A stretch of DNA of 31,208 nt from a virus (lineage: Duplodnaviria; Caudoviricetes): positions 1 through 31,208 of IMG/VR virus record IMGVR_UViG_3300020190_000242; one strand, given 5' to 3'. A program made the translations under genes and the position numbers. Each line of letters starts with the position of its first letter. Positions within the stretch are counted from its first letter, which is position 1. Below, piece after piece: positions 8,989 through 19,234 of this stretch. Below the pieces are notes generated by a model that was given only the letters and a program-made list of their open reading frames with translations, ran no database searches and was not told where the DNA came from.

Positions 8989-10696
8989 AGAATCTACCAA
9001 CGACTTCTTCGAACGATACACCACTACGAACAGCGATGAAGTTTAGCTGAATAAAGTTTACACTTCGATTTGGTTTGACATATATGTCACCAATAAATTC
9101 ATTGCGATCAATAACATCTGGTGTGTTGTTTGTCGAGTTACAAATAACCTTGAAGTCTGTGATTCCACGACGACCTTTCACTGTTCTCAAGAATGGCTCA
9201 ACGATTGATACAAATTGAGATCTTGTAAACTCATCGTTAAACTCAAACAATTGCGCTTTCGCGGCTCGAGAAATTGCTTTTTCTAGAGTAATAAACAAGC
9301 GGCGAACATTGATACGATCGAAAGCACTTGGCTTCGATAGCATTGTCTTATCACCAAATAAAATAGTGCCCTCACCAGCGAATGAAACAATTGGATTAAT
9401 TCCATTCTTGTATAGAACATCTCTGTCTGCTTTAGCTGGATAGTATGCAAGTTTTATTACATTTTTAATCTGGCCACGTGAGGAACCAGCTGGTGAATAC
9501 CATGGATCGCGTTCTAGGTCAGTGCGCACGCATAGACCAGCAACATCTCCATTAAGTGGAATCCAACGATATGTGTCAGAATATTTGTCGTATTGATACT
9601 TCCACCCACTATCCATCACTGCATAAGAGGATGAAACATTTGAAAGTGCATTTTTACGATAGTTGACAACATCATCAGATGCTGTTGAAGAGGTTACGTT
9701 TGCAAGTGTTGGTGATACAAATACTACGCAATCTTTACGAACTTCAGCAATATTATTGATTGCATAAAGAACTGTTGCAGGAGCAGCATCACCTGTCATA
9801 ATAAGCGATACATCAATTAGATCGCTATCAATGAATTTACTGTATGCTGTTTGAACATTTCCAGCAACAACAACACCATCAGCACCAGAGGTCAATGATG
9901 ATGTATGAACTGCTGCAACATTTACGAGCTGAGCAAACGTTTTACCAGCTGCAGTTGTTCCCCACGTTGTATAAGTGTTCGTAATATCTGGATGATCTGT
10001 CCAATAAATGTATTTTGATTTTCTATAAAGTACATCTTTATAGAAATTTGAATTACCGACGCTATCTTTTGCATCGCTTGCTTTCGATAAGAATGGAAAC
10101 GTTTCTAGAACTGATCCTGCACTGCCTGTCAAAAGACCATCTTCATCAACAACCACGATGTGCATTTCGTCATTAGCTCCGCCAACTGCGCTTACATAGG
10201 CTGATGTTCCTGGTGCAGAGTCAAAGAAATTTTTATATGTCCAAGAATTAAAGTGCGTTGTATTTGTATTTGCCCAAACACTTACTTTCAATGAATTTCC
10301 AAGTGCACCAGCATATCTTGCTGTCCATGCACCAGTGTTTGCAGTGTTTGAATTGTAAAAAGTTGTGAAATACTGATCTTCGTTTTTGATAAGAAACGAT
10401 GAGTTACCTGAAGTAGTTGCAGATCTTGTATTATCACCATTTACTGCTCGAACAACACGTAAATCGTTGCCATAGTTTAAAAAATTTGTGCATGTAAAGA
10501 AAGAAATTGCCGTGTTTGTGTCAGGTTTGCCAAAAATTTCTACAAGACGAACTTCATTTTCGACCTGTCTTGCGAATTCAGCTGGACCCCATTGGAACAC
10601 TCCAGCAAATGCACCAGTTGTTGTTCCTGTGGAAGGCACTACGGTTGTTAAATCTACTTCAGAGGTAACAACGCCAGGAGATACTTGAAACGCCAT
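8987..10696 (-). CDS. gp18: Tail sheath protein
   Basis: MAFQVSPGV, FQWGP, PWYSPAG..RG, RINVRRLF, FEFNDEFTR, IYVKPNRSVNFIQLNF motifs. Confidence 0.98.
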   Translation of the reverse strand: MAFQVSPGVVTSEVDLTTVVPSTGTTTGAFAGVFQWGPAEFARQVENEVRLVEIFGKPDTNTAISFFTCTNFLNYGNDLRVVRAVNGDNTRSATTSGNSSFLIKNEDQYFTTFYNSNTANTGAWTARYAGALGNSLKVSVWANTNTTHFNSWTYKNFFDSAPGTSAYVSAVGGANDEMHIVVVDEDGLLTGSAGSVLETFPFLSKASDAKDSVGNSNFYKDVLYRKSKYIYWTDHPDITNTYTTWGTTAAGKTFAQLVNVAAVHTSSLTSGADGVVVAGNVQTAYSKFIDSDLIDVSLIMTGDAAPATVLYAINNIAEVRKDCVVFVSPTLANVTSSTASDDVVNYRKNALSNVSSSYAVMDSGWKYQYDKYSDTYRWIPLNGDVAGLCVRTDLERDPWYSPAGSSRGQIKNVIKLAYYPAKADRDVLYKNGINPIVSFAGEGTILFGDKTMLSKPSAFDRINVRRLFITLEKAISRAAKAQLFEFNDEFTRSQFVSIVEPFLRTVKGRRGITDFKVICNSTNNTPDVIDRNEFIGDIYVKPNRSVNFIQLNFIAVRSGVSFEEVVGRF

Positions 10697-10737
10697 GTTT
10701 ATGCTCCTATAAATGGAGAAATAGAAAATCTACGGAA

Positions 10738-10745
10738 TATTTAGT
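10738..10745 (-). promoter_or_regulatory. Late promoter variant ACTAAATA upstream of gp18
   Basis: Intergenic; the same octamer recurs upstream of gp13 and at 19408-19415. Confidence 0.65.
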
Positions 10746-10761
10746 AATTCATAATTTTGTA

Positions 10762-12396
10762 CTAGGTGCCCCAGTTTTTACCCTCCACCACGTTCCAGAG
10801 AGCTCCATCTGATACAAAAGAATTGTTGCGCTCCTCTAATACAACGGGTAAGGGCAACATTTCATCCTCGATTTGTTGCATTTGTTGCTCGTAGAGACGT
10901 TTCTTGATATTCGTGTCACTTATCTCGGAGAAAAAGTTTTGACTCGTGCACCACGAGAACAAAACAAGACACATAATCAAATCGTCATGGCTTCCCTCTT
11001 CAGCTTCAAAACTAGTTCCTCTTGCGATAAATGTGGATAACTCTGAGATAGTGTCGAAATCTGTAATAATGATTTGCTGAGATTCAATTAAATTCTTTAA
11101 AATCGAACACCCCATACGCTTCACACTCTTAGTGGTTCTCAATCCTCGACTAGATTTTGTACCATATCCCCATGTTAACGATATTCGACCTTTAAGATCA
11201 ACTGTGGAAAGAATATTCTCATATTCATAGTCATCGAAAAGAGAGTCCACTACTTGCTGACCATTATCGTTTATTTCAATTAGCACATATGCATTGTTAT
11301 AATATTGCGCTATCTTTTTTATAATACTGGGATACACAAGTGGGCTTATGTTGTTATCTCTATATGTCGAAACAAGTTTATAGGGAATCGAGTTAATATC
11401 TATTACAACAAAGGCTGAATAATCTAAGCCTTTTCCTCGACTAGTGTCAGCCACAATTAGATAGTTATGATTCGCTGCAGGTTGATCGTAAATGTTAATT
11501 CCGCTATCAGTTTTGTTTAAAGGTTTGTTAAATGCTAAACTCTTAAGCCCAGCTGCAGAGATAAGAGTTCCAGAGGAACCCATAAACTCAGTTTCGACCT
11601 CTTGATAGTATTTTTGATCACCAAGAACTCGCCGTTGTTCATCAGCCCATCGCTGATCTCTTCCAGGAACATTTCTCCAGTTTGCCTCGATATGCATAAA
11701 TCCATTGTGACCCTCTATCGCTTCGTTCCACATTTTGTAAAAATGATTCATTCCATTTGGTGTCGAGGAGATAAGAATTTTAGATGTTTCACCTGAAGAT
11801 ATCGTAGGATACACAGAGGTAAAGAAATCCTCGGCAATATTACTTGGAACGAATGCAAACTCATCGAGATATAGTAAAGAGATAGAGAAACCACGAATTG
11901 CACTCGAGGCAGTCGAAGTTGCCATTACACGGCAATTATTCTCGAGTTCAATATCACCTTTATTCCAGACTCTCACACCCTGTTGAATCCAGAGTGGTAA
12001 CGCCTCGTATGCAATTTTAATTCGACTTAAAATCTCACGTGCTGTCGGCGCTTTGTTGGCAAGAATGGCTACAAATTTATCATTATTGAAAAGAATGTAC
12101 CATAGAATGTAACCAACAACCATCGTCGTCTTTCCAAGCTGACGACCTGCTTTGAGAATTACCTTTCGATTATTTGTAATATCATTTATCGCTTGTGTTT
12201 GAAAAGGATAAAGATTTATATTAATAAATCCTCGATCAAGCGTAATAATTTTTACATAACGCTCAATGAAAAAGATTGGATCCTCGGCGCATTTCACATA
12301 TTCACGGATTTGTTCCTCCGTGAGTGAGACTGGCATATTAACTTTTTTTAAGTTTGGATTGCCAAGATAATTTTTAACTCTAAGTGGTAGATTCAT
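10762..12396 (-). CDS. gp17: Terminase large subunit
   Basis: YLGNPNLK, Walker A GRQLGKTT, Walker B LLYLDEFAF, STPNG coupling motif, RNase-H acidic residues (ADTSRG..DYS, HDDL). Confidence 0.98.
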   Translation of the reverse strand: MNLPLRVKNYLGNPNLKKVNMPVSLTEEQIREYVKCAEDPIFFIERYVKIITLDRGFININLYPFQTQAINDITNNRKVILKAGRQLGKTTMVVGYILWYILFNNDKFVAILANKAPTAREILSRIKIAYEALPLWIQQGVRVWNKGDIELENNCRVMATSTASSAIRGFSISLLYLDEFAFVPSNIAEDFFTSVYPTISSGETSKILISSTPNGMNHFYKMWNEAIEGHNGFMHIEANWRNVPGRDQRWADEQRRVLGDQKYYQEVETEFMGSSGTLISAAGLKSLAFNKPLNKTDSGINIYDQPAANHNYLIVADTSRGKGLDYSAFVVIDINSIPYKLVSTYRDNNISPLVYPSIIKKIAQYYNNAYVLIEINDNGQQVVDSLFDDYEYENILSTVDLKGRISLTWGYGTKSSRGLRTTKSVKRMGCSILKNLIESQQIIITDFDTISELSTFIARGTSFEAEEGSHDDLIMCLVLFSWCTSQNFFSEISDTNIKKRLYEQQMQQIEDEMLPLPVVLEERNNSFVSDGALWNVVEGKNWGT

Positions 12397-12781
12397 TTTT
12401 TATTTTTTTCAATAACTCTGTTGTTGAACCGACAAATACAGCTTTGTCGACATTAATATTGGTTGGAGTTACTTCTTTTGGCTTCAGATCCTGTTGCTGT
12501 TTCTGAAGAATCATTAATTTCTCTGTTACATCAGAGAGATTTTTTATCATATTTGCAGCCACTTCGTATGCTCGAGGATGTTGTGATTCTTTTGCAACCT
12601 CTAAAATACCATCTAATGCTTCATTACCTCGCTCGATAAGATTATAATAATTTGATCGAGAATAATCAGCATCTGGATTTTCACCGTTCTCTTTAAAAAT
12701 TGTAACTGGTTTATCCTCTTTTACAGCAGGGATATAATCAGTATTCAAGATTTCTGCTAAATTTTTATCGGTTTCACTCAT
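12380..12781 (-). CDS. gp16: Terminase small subunit
   Basis: DYSRSNYY, ESQHPRAYEVA, VFVGSTTELLK motifs; overlaps the gp17 start. Confidence 0.95.
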   Translation of the reverse strand: MSETDKNLAEILNTDYIPAVKEDKPVTIFKENGENPDADYSRSNYYNLIERGNEALDGILEVAKESQHPRAYEVAANMIKNLSDVTEKLMILQKQQQDLKPKEVTPTNINVDKAVFVGSTTELLKKIKNESTT

Positions 12782-12784
12782 AAA

Positions 12785-13786
12785 TCACGTTATGTTCGGT
12801 GCATGATCAATATCGATATCAAATCCAAATGCAGTATTTGCATTAGCTGATATTGGATCTGGTTCAATTGTAATTCTATTTAACTGATAATCTGTCGCTG
12901 AATTATAAGAATATAGATTGTAAGCAGCATTCGAAACTGCTCCAGTGATAGTATTTCCAGAGGTGAACGAACCGCTTATATCACTTACAACAAGTATATT
13001 AGCTGTATTATTCCAAGAACTTACGAATCCTCTTACTGAAGCTCCATCAACATTACGACCTTGATAAACCATTTCACCAATTTTAAATTGTCCTGTTCCT
13101 GTATTTAAATTAAATCGTTTTGCTTCGTTACCTCCACTGTTAAACTCATAAGTATTCGCAGTAACTTTGCGAATAATTTCAACATTGCTCACAGGACCAT
13201 ATAGATAACCCTTCATGGTAAAACCTAAATTCCATTGTAAAATTCTTAATTCTTGTGGTGGACCCTCTGTTCCACCAGAATTATAATTTACACTTTGAAG
13301 AATTAAAGGAACATCAACTGGATTTCCAACACCTACCAAATCTAATGTCATCGTATAATCTGGATTAAAGTAAGGTAAGATTTGTTCAATTAGTTGTGTG
13401 CCATCCTCTGTATTTCGAACATAGATGAAAAGTGAAAAATTAAAGTTATATGGAGCAAGAAAGGTTGTTTTAATTGCTGTTTGGTTTAATGGTCCATACT
13501 GATTAATATATGGTGAAATTTTGCGAGTAGTATCGTAAGCGATATCGGTCAATTCAAATGACATACGAGGCAATGTGAGTTGAACACGTCGATCAAGATT
13601 TGGATCTTGTGTAATACGCGAATAAAACTTTTCTTTTGATAGGTAATTCAATGGAACTACAATGCGTTCTAGTTCAGTAGTTCCCGCTAAGTTATAACGA
13701 AACAATTTTAAATTATTGAACATCGAGCCGAAAGCAACGACCATCTTCCGCGTTATGCGATGATAAAAGTGTTGACCAGATAACAT
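12785..13786 (-). CDS. gp15: Tail sheath stabilizer / tail completion protein with an extra C-terminal domain
   Basis: HFYH...RK.VVAFGSMFN, LPRMSFE, QLIEQILPYF.P, KGYLYGP motifs. Confidence 0.95.
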   Translation of the reverse strand: MLSGQHFYHRITRKMVVAFGSMFNNLKLFRYNLAGTTELERIVVPLNYLSKEKFYSRITQDPNLDRRVQLTLPRMSFELTDIAYDTTRKISPYINQYGPLNQTAIKTTFLAPYNFNFSLFIYVRNTEDGTQLIEQILPYFNPDYTMTLDLVGVGNPVDVPLILQSVNYNSGGTEGPPQELRILQWNLGFTMKGYLYGPVSNVEIIRKVTANTYEFNSGGNEAKRFNLNTGTGQFKIGEMVYQGRNVDGASVRGFVSSWNNTANILVVSDISGSFTSGNTITGAVSNAAYNLYSYNSATDYQLNRITIEPDPISANANTAFGFDIDIDHAPNIT

Positions 13787-13787
13787 A

Positions 13788-14663
13788 TTATGGCTCGTCT
13801 AGTGTTCCAAATGGATTAGATTCTGTAAAGTCTAGAATATTATCTGCTTCATTTTCAAGTAGTACATTCTCTTCAAGTGCATCTGTCTGATTCTCTTGCG
13901 GATCTACGCTAGTCATCGTCCATTGCGCATTTGATTCTGAACCTTTTATAAGTGTATTTGCTGCAAATGATCCTTTGATATTTCGAATAATTAGTTTTCT
14001 AGTTGGTAAATCCCAACTTGAAACGTATCCACGTGCTGTCGCTGAAGCCAAATTGGATCCCTGAAATACAATCTCGTTATTCGTAAATGTGCTCGAGCCA
14101 CCAGCTTGCATTGTAAATTCAATTCCATATGCACTTAATTGCGCAATTATATCGATCTCATTTATTCCTGTATCGAAAATTTCACCATTATAACGTAACA
14201 TCTCTAGATTTAGAGAGTACATATATGGAGCAACTTTTCCTGCCTGGAAGAAATTCTTTTCCTCTTCAACAAACTTTATCTCCATTATTTTTTCTTGAAT
14301 GGGTAGATAAATTAAATCGCCCTCTTTTGGAAGATTCCGAAGTGTTTTAGGTATAACTCGTTCAAATGTTCTTCGTGCTACAGTCACACGTGCTTCTTTT
14401 TGAATTTGCAAACCAAATTTAGAAAAGAATTCTTGATTACCTTCGAAATCTTGAAATGAGTCAAGATACATATCGATCTTAAAAGCCTTTGTAAATTTTT
14501 TAACAGAATCATCGCCAAACAATCGATCTAACTCTGATTGAGATTCTCGAGGAAGATAATAAATGTCGATACCATGATTGCGTATGGATTCGATAATCAT
14601 ATCTTCAATCAGTAGTTGCTCTCGAGTCGCGCCCTGATTGTTAAAATAAACTGACGTTGCCAT
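13788..14663 (-). CDS. gp14: Neck protein
   Basis: ESI..HG.DIYYLPR, FFSKFGL, PKEGDLIY.P, DFTESNPFG motifs. Start placed at MATSVYF (14663), just after the gp13 stop. Confidence 0.95.
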   Translation of the reverse strand: MATSVYFNNQGATREQLLIEDMIIESIRNHGIDIYYLPRESQSELDRLFGDDSVKKFTKAFKIDMYLDSFQDFEGNQEFFSKFGLQIQKEARVTVARRTFERVIPKTLRNLPKEGDLIYLPIQEKIMEIKFVEEEKNFFQAGKVAPYMYSLNLEMLRYNGEIFDTGINEIDIIAQLSAYGIEFTMQAGGSSTFTNNEIVFQGSNLASATARGYVSSWDLPTRKLIIRNIKGSFAANTLIKGSESNAQWTMTSVDPQENQTDALEENVLLENEADNILDFTESNPFGTLDEP

Positions 14664-14664
14664 A

Positions 14665-15426
14665 TCAACCAACGCACATCATTGGAGGCTCTTCAAATAC
14701 ATCGCGCAGTTTACCCTCGAGCCGTTGAATCTCTTGATCTGCTTCAGCGTAAATCCTTTCTCCATTTATAACCAATCCTCCAGGTAAAGTATAATTACCA
14801 TATTTTTTTAGATTAGTTCCCCATTGGCGTTTAAATAATTGAGTTGTATACTCCTTGACCCAAGAATCATTATAAACTCTTTCATAAGAATCTTGATCAA
14901 CTATTCGATTTGCGCGAAATAGTATGTACTCATTTACATTTAATTTAGAATCCCAATCTTGGAACAGATAGAGACGATTTGTCTTTTTATTATATGAAAA
15001 TGGTACATCTCCTGTAATGATCATATCAAGCATTGACAAGTGTTGGCGAGCGATATAATAATAAGCATATGATGAGGCTGTTAAACTATAGAAATCGTTT
15101 AAGCGAATTTGATAGTTAACATCAAATATGTTGAACTCATTTCCGTCTAATGAAGATACCGAGGTGCCAGAAAAAGGAAACACCTGACTTACACCAATTA
15201 TATTGTCACATAAGGTGATATACTTGTTTAAAATATCAGCATTCGTTACTTTATGCCCAAGGTACATAGTCTCAGTACCATCGTAGTGATAATCTTGGAA
15301 TAGCTGCAAAGCATCGTCCATACGATCGTCGAGCTGATCGTCATCAACATTTATATCGATTACAGGAAAACCAAGATTTCGGAGGCAATGATCTTTAAGT
15401 GTGGATTTATTGGTAGGTTTCGCCAT
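14665..15426 (-). CDS. gp13: Neck protein
   Basis: LR.LG.PVIDINVDDDQ, DYHYDG, KRQWG.NL.K, LPGG...NG motifs. Confidence 0.96.
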   Translation of the reverse strand: MAKPTNKSTLKDHCLRNLGFPVIDINVDDDQLDDRMDDALQLFQDYHYDGTETMYLGHKVTNADILNKYITLCDNIIGVSQVFPFSGTSVSSLDGNEFNIFDVNYQIRLNDFYSLTASSYAYYYIARQHLSMLDMIITGDVPFSYNKKTNRLYLFQDWDSKLNVNEYILFRANRIVDQDSYERVYNDSWVKEYTTQLFKRQWGTNLKKYGNYTLPGGLVINGERIYAEADQEIQRLEGKLRDVFEEPPMMCVG

Positions 15427-15449
15427 TTAGAACCTCGCATGTAGTACTA

Positions 15450-15457
15450 TATTTAGT
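15450..15457 (-). promoter_or_regulatory. Late promoter variant ACTAAATA upstream of gp13
   Basis: Lies in the 30-bp gap, followed by a GAGG SD. Confidence 0.65.
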
Positions 15458-16203
15458 TATTCGATCAATCTACCCTCTCGAGATGTATAAATTCGATCAG
15501 GATCCATGTGAGCAAACTGCTCCCAATTAGGCTCGCCCTCTAATATTCTTTTACCAGTCGTCTCCTCGCCGATATGCTCAATTATATTTTCGCCTCGAGA
15601 ATTTTTTAATGTGGCAGAATACATCTGATGAAAATGGTCTAGATAAACCATTATCATTCCTTCATTAATATTAAACTTCCAATAATCTTGGAATGGATAT
15701 TCGATAATATTCTTACGATATAAACTAAAGATTATCGGAAAAGTCTTTGTATTTTTGCTATAGTAAAATTGCTTGAATTGCGTATCGCTCGATTCAATAG
15801 TTGATGGCTTCTCATTAAAGTACCATGGTTGTCGTTGTAAAACAACCGAGGCAATTTTAGATTCTGACTCGAGACATTCAATCAGATCGTCGACTTTAAT
15901 TGGTTCTTTTAGAATTACGTCATCCTCTTGATGAAGAACGTAATCTACATCCATACCTCGGAGCGAGGAGAAGAAATCCGACCAATTTACCGATAGTCCT
16001 TTATTAACTGAATTTCTCCATATCTCAAATCTATAGCGTTTACCAATCAAATCAAAGATCGCATCATTGCGTGTTCTTGGATAATCATCGACAATAATCT
16101 TTCGAACCTCATGATTTCCATAGTCTAAATTAGACAATGAGTTAAGTGTCGGAAACAGATATCGAATCCTGTTGCAAGAAAAGATTACATGAAGAATCTT
16201 CAT
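15457..16203 (-). CDS. Glycosyltransferase, GT-A fold (GT2-like)
   Basis: N-terminal VIFSCNR..YL, IIVDD, N.G, YVLHQEDD (DxD-type) and late EHIG motifs. Confidence 0.8.
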   Translation of the reverse strand: MKILHVIFSCNRIRYLFPTLNSLSNLDYGNHEVRKIIVDDYPRTRNDAIFDLIGKRYRFEIWRNSVNKGLSVNWSDFFSSLRGMDVDYVLHQEDDVILKEPIKVDDLIECLESESKIASVVLQRQPWYFNEKPSTIESSDTQFKQFYYSKNTKTFPIIFSLYRKNIIEYPFQDYWKFNINEGMIMVYLDHFHQMYSATLKNSRGENIIEHIGEETTGKRILEGEPNWEQFAHMDPDRIYTSREGRLIE

Positions 16204-16760
16204 TAGTATTCTGTATTAAAAAAGAATGTTTGAAATAGTCTTCCGTTTTGAAGATTATTTCCGAAATAATCTACTGAAGCATGATACATGTTTCCGCGAT
16301 ATAATACTAATCGATTATATTTGTTCGAGACATAATCTGTCATATCCCATTTGGTGTAATCATATCCATCATACTGCGGCTCATCGTTATTAGATCGCTC
16401 ATACTTCTTGTTCTCTTTCCATCGATATAGTGCAGTGCCAGCAGATATTGGTGCATCAGGGTTCAGATAACAAACACCAGCCCAAGTATTAAAACTATCT
16501 GCATGTATCCATGTACGATCTTTCGCCATGCAAATTTGAAAAGCGCCTGTGTATCCAGAACTTTCAAACCAATCTGTTATTTTTCCACTCGAGTGTTGAA
16601 CAATTCCTTGAATTGCACTTTTCAAATCGTCTGGTAAATACGCTTTGGTTCGAAGTCCAGGATAATTACCTGAAATTTCGAAAGGTTGTGAGAGCGCATA
16701 TTCCCTAACTGAATCTGGGTTTGTATAGAAATCATCTATAATAATAAGTTTAACTTTCAT
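16203..16760 (-). CDS. Putative 2OG-Fe(II) oxygenase-like protein (DUF6445-like)
   Basis: IIIDDFY.NPD.VR..AL, YPGLRT, WIHAD (HxD), WAGVCYL.P, GT, YNRLVLY...YH, R.FQ.FF. Probable start MKVKL at 16760. Confidence 0.7.
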   Translation of the reverse strand: MKVKLIIIDDFYTNPDSVREYALSQPFEISGNYPGLRTKAYLPDDLKSAIQGIVQHSSGKITDWFESSGYTGAFQICMAKDRTWIHADSFNTWAGVCYLNPDAPISAGTALYRWKENKKYERSNNDEPQYDGYDYTKWDMTDYVSNKYNRLVLYRGNMYHASVDYFGNNLQNGRLFQTFFFNTEY

Positions 16761-16767
16761 TTTATAT

Positions 16768-17520
16768 CTAGTAATGCATAAATCGACCGTCGACACCATT
16801 CCATCCCACCACATTCCAATTAGTTTCTATTATTCGACTCTCATTTGGTCGTGTAAGATAGTACATAAGAGTTTCAATATCGTAGTTTATCATTTCTTTA
16901 CTGTCGATGAAATGCATTGCAGCTTCATTTATCTCTATTATTGAATTTAAATTAGATGAACCAAATGCATACATAACGGTGCAATATTGTCTCAACATAT
17001 CATCATTTTGTATCGCTCTACGATCGACCATCCAATAATTCCAATTGTCATTCCATTTAAACTGTAGGGGTTTCTTAAAGAAGAATTTATCTTTATTTTC
17101 TTCTGTGAATAAACCATTATTAAAATTATTATGAAAATATCTTCCTGTGGCTTTTATGACAAAATCATAACCTTGTAATTCCTTCTTAAAGTGCGTATAA
17201 AACGAGTTTAGTAGTAAACATTCACAATAACTTTTATTTGTATGTGTGTTTACTTTTTCAAATGCTGTATATGAAATTTCTTTGAGTGGCACGAAATCAA
17301 CATTTTCAAACACATTAAACATTCTTTCATATTCGACATAGTCATCTGATGAATCGATTATCTTTATTTTTGCATCGGGTAAAATATTTTTAATCGAATT
17401 GATGGTAAAGATTGTTTGTCTAAATCGTTCATCTTTATTAAAAATAGAACGTGTTTCACTATATGTAAATTTACCTTCTCTTGGTTGAATTGATGAACCT
17501 ACTACTACAATTTTATTCAT
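16768..17520 (-). CDS. Hypothetical protein, possibly glycan-modifying / GT-like
   Basis: 250-aa ORF between GT genes; R..QT..TI.SI, IIDSS and K.TGRY motifs resemble uncharacterised proteins of glycan loci. Function is inference only. Confidence 0.55.
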   Translation of the reverse strand: MNKIVVVGSSIQPREGKFTYSETRSIFNKDERFRQTIFTINSIKNILPDAKIKIIDSSDDYVEYERMFNVFENVDFVPLKEISYTAFEKVNTHTNKSYCECLLLNSFYTHFKKELQGYDFVIKATGRYFHNNFNNGLFTEENKDKFFFKKPLQFKWNDNWNYWMVDRRAIQNDDMLRQYCTVMYAFGSSNLNSIIEINEAAMHFIDSKEMINYDIETLMYYLTRPNESRIIETNWNVVGWNGVDGRFMHY

Positions 17521-18511
17521 AGAATTTATTTTTAATAACTTTCTGTAAATATTGATGGTGTTTTTTATGCACCTCTTCGTCAGAAAAATTTAGTCCCCAC
17601 TTTCTACAATCATATGGTGATATTTTATCAATGTTTTCAATTGCAGTTAGTAATGATTTAAAATCGCGAATACGATAACCCGTATCGCCTTCTAATACAA
17701 TCTCTGGGAATGCGCCCCAGTCTGTTGTAATTACTGGAGTGCCGCAGAGATTCGCCTCAATAATCATGTTACCAAATGGCTCAACGTAGTATGTTAAACC
17801 AAATAGTGCTTTGGCGTTCTTCATTAGTTTCATGCGTTGTTCCGCATCATTTACATATCCAATTACCTCAACATGATCAGGCACGTTAGAATAACCAAGA
17901 TCATGCAATGATCCAGGTCCAGCTATTTTAAGTTTTTTGCCAAGTTTTTCTGTGGCTTGAATTGCTAAATGAATGCCCTTCTCTTCACAAACTCTTCCAA
18001 AGTGTAAAAAATAATCCTCTTTTGTTTCAGAGTATTCGAATTCTTCAATCGTAAATGGATTACCAATTACTGCATCAAACCACGAAGGATTCATGAGCAT
18101 CCCTCGTTCGCCATAAAAAAAGTGCATCTGAGCGTAAGAGGTAAACACTCTATAGTCACTAAAAATTCCACTTGTTCTATAGCCAATAGAAGGCTCTACG
18201 GCAATACATTCTGGATTCATTTTGCACGCAAGTTGATTATCAATACCAAAAAAACATACAATAATATCACCCTTATCTGAACGTTTGCGTATTTGCGCGC
18301 CTGCACGTTCATTAAATAATCTTATCTCCACAGGCGTGGTATTAATATCGACATGCTCGCAATCCACTTGTGCACCAGGAATACCATAATGAACCATCTC
18401 ATAATGTTTAGATAGATGCTTGATGTATTTGTATGCATGAACCGCAAAGGGATCTATACGATTCATCAACCCAGTCGGATTTCTGGGATTTGCTAAAACA
18501 TGTATTTTCAT
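17513..18511 (-). CDS. Glycosyltransferase, GT-B fold (GT4 / Glycos_transf_1)
   Basis: FGRV.EEKG and EPFGNMIIEANLCGTPVITTDWGAFPE (EX7E signature). Confidence 0.92.
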   Translation of the reverse strand: MKIHVLANPRNPTGLMNRIDPFAVHAYKYIKHLSKHYEMVHYGIPGAQVDCEHVDINTTPVEIRLFNERAGAQIRKRSDKGDIIVCFFGIDNQLACKMNPECIAVEPSIGYRTSGIFSDYRVFTSYAQMHFFYGERGMLMNPSWFDAVIGNPFTIEEFEYSETKEDYFLHFGRVCEEKGIHLAIQATEKLGKKLKIAGPGSLHDLGYSNVPDHVEVIGYVNDAEQRMKLMKNAKALFGLTYYVEPFGNMIIEANLCGTPVITTDWGAFPEIVLEGDTGYRIRDFKSLLTAIENIDKISPYDCRKWGLNFSDEEVHKKHHQYLQKVIKNKFYE

Positions 18512-18520
18512 AAAAAAATA

Positions 18521-19234
18521 TTAGAATGTAATTCCTTTAGAAGCAAAGAAATCGTAATCAATTTGATACTTTTGCATAATTAAATTGCGCTCTTCTGTCG
18601 TAAACGGAACATCAGTATCTAAATTAATGTTCTCATTTTTGCGCGGTACTTCTTCTATAGTAACATCAAAGAACGAAAGAAGTCGACGTAGTTCATTATC
18701 ATAATCAGCAAAATTTAAATATGTGATATCAATATCATGATCTAACCATCGTTTTTGATATGCTAATCCAGTTTCTATGGTAGCAGGAATAGTGTCAATC
18801 GAAGGAACTAAATCTAATATTTGATCTAATGTGATCGACTCTAAAATTGCTCTGGTTTCTTCCGACAACCATAAATAACTCTCAGGATAATGTCTATTAG
18901 GAAACAAAAAGTCATCATATATTTTTTTGCGAACTTGCAATAAAGCCTTTCTCGATTCTTCTAGCGTTGAAAATTTATTAAGAGCACCCATGTATGTGTG
19001 TCGTTTATAATATTTAAACGCCGAAGTAAATCTACTCACAGGATCTCTGTAAAAGCAAAAGAATTTATATTTGTCGAAATCAGGCAACTCAAATGCTTGT
19101 GATGCTAAAGTATAATTTAAATGATTTTGTTTTTTAAAAGTTACTGGAATATTTTTAAATGCCACCATAATTGAAGTTGATCCAACTTTAGGATTTAAAA
19201 ACACACCAATTTTTTTTTCTGTACAATATATCAT
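18521..19234 (-). CDS. Sulfotransferase (Sulfotransfer_2-like)
   Basis: 5'-PSB loop NPKVGSTSI, 3'-PB motif RDPVSRFTSAF, C-terminal Y..DY..F. Confidence 0.8.
   Translation of the reverse strand: MIYCTEKKIGVFLNPKVGSTSIMVAFKNIPVTFKKQNHLNYTLASQAFELPDFDKYKFFCFYRDPVSRFTSAFKYYKRHTYMGALNKFSTLEESRKALLQVRKKIYDDFLFPNRHYPESYLWLSEETRAILESITLDQILDLVPSIDTIPATIETGLAYQKRWLDHDIDITYLNFADYDNELRRLLSFFDVTIEEVPRKNENINLDTDVPFTTEERNLIMQKYQIDYDFFASKGITF

Noticed and set aside
10704-10718. CTCC...GGAG hairpin over the gp18 Shine-Dalgarno
   Set aside because: Only a 4-bp stem; too weak to support.
10762-12396. Intein or intron in terminase, portal or sheath genes
   Set aside because: The ORFs are continuous, of normal length, and show no Hint or homing-endonuclease motifs.
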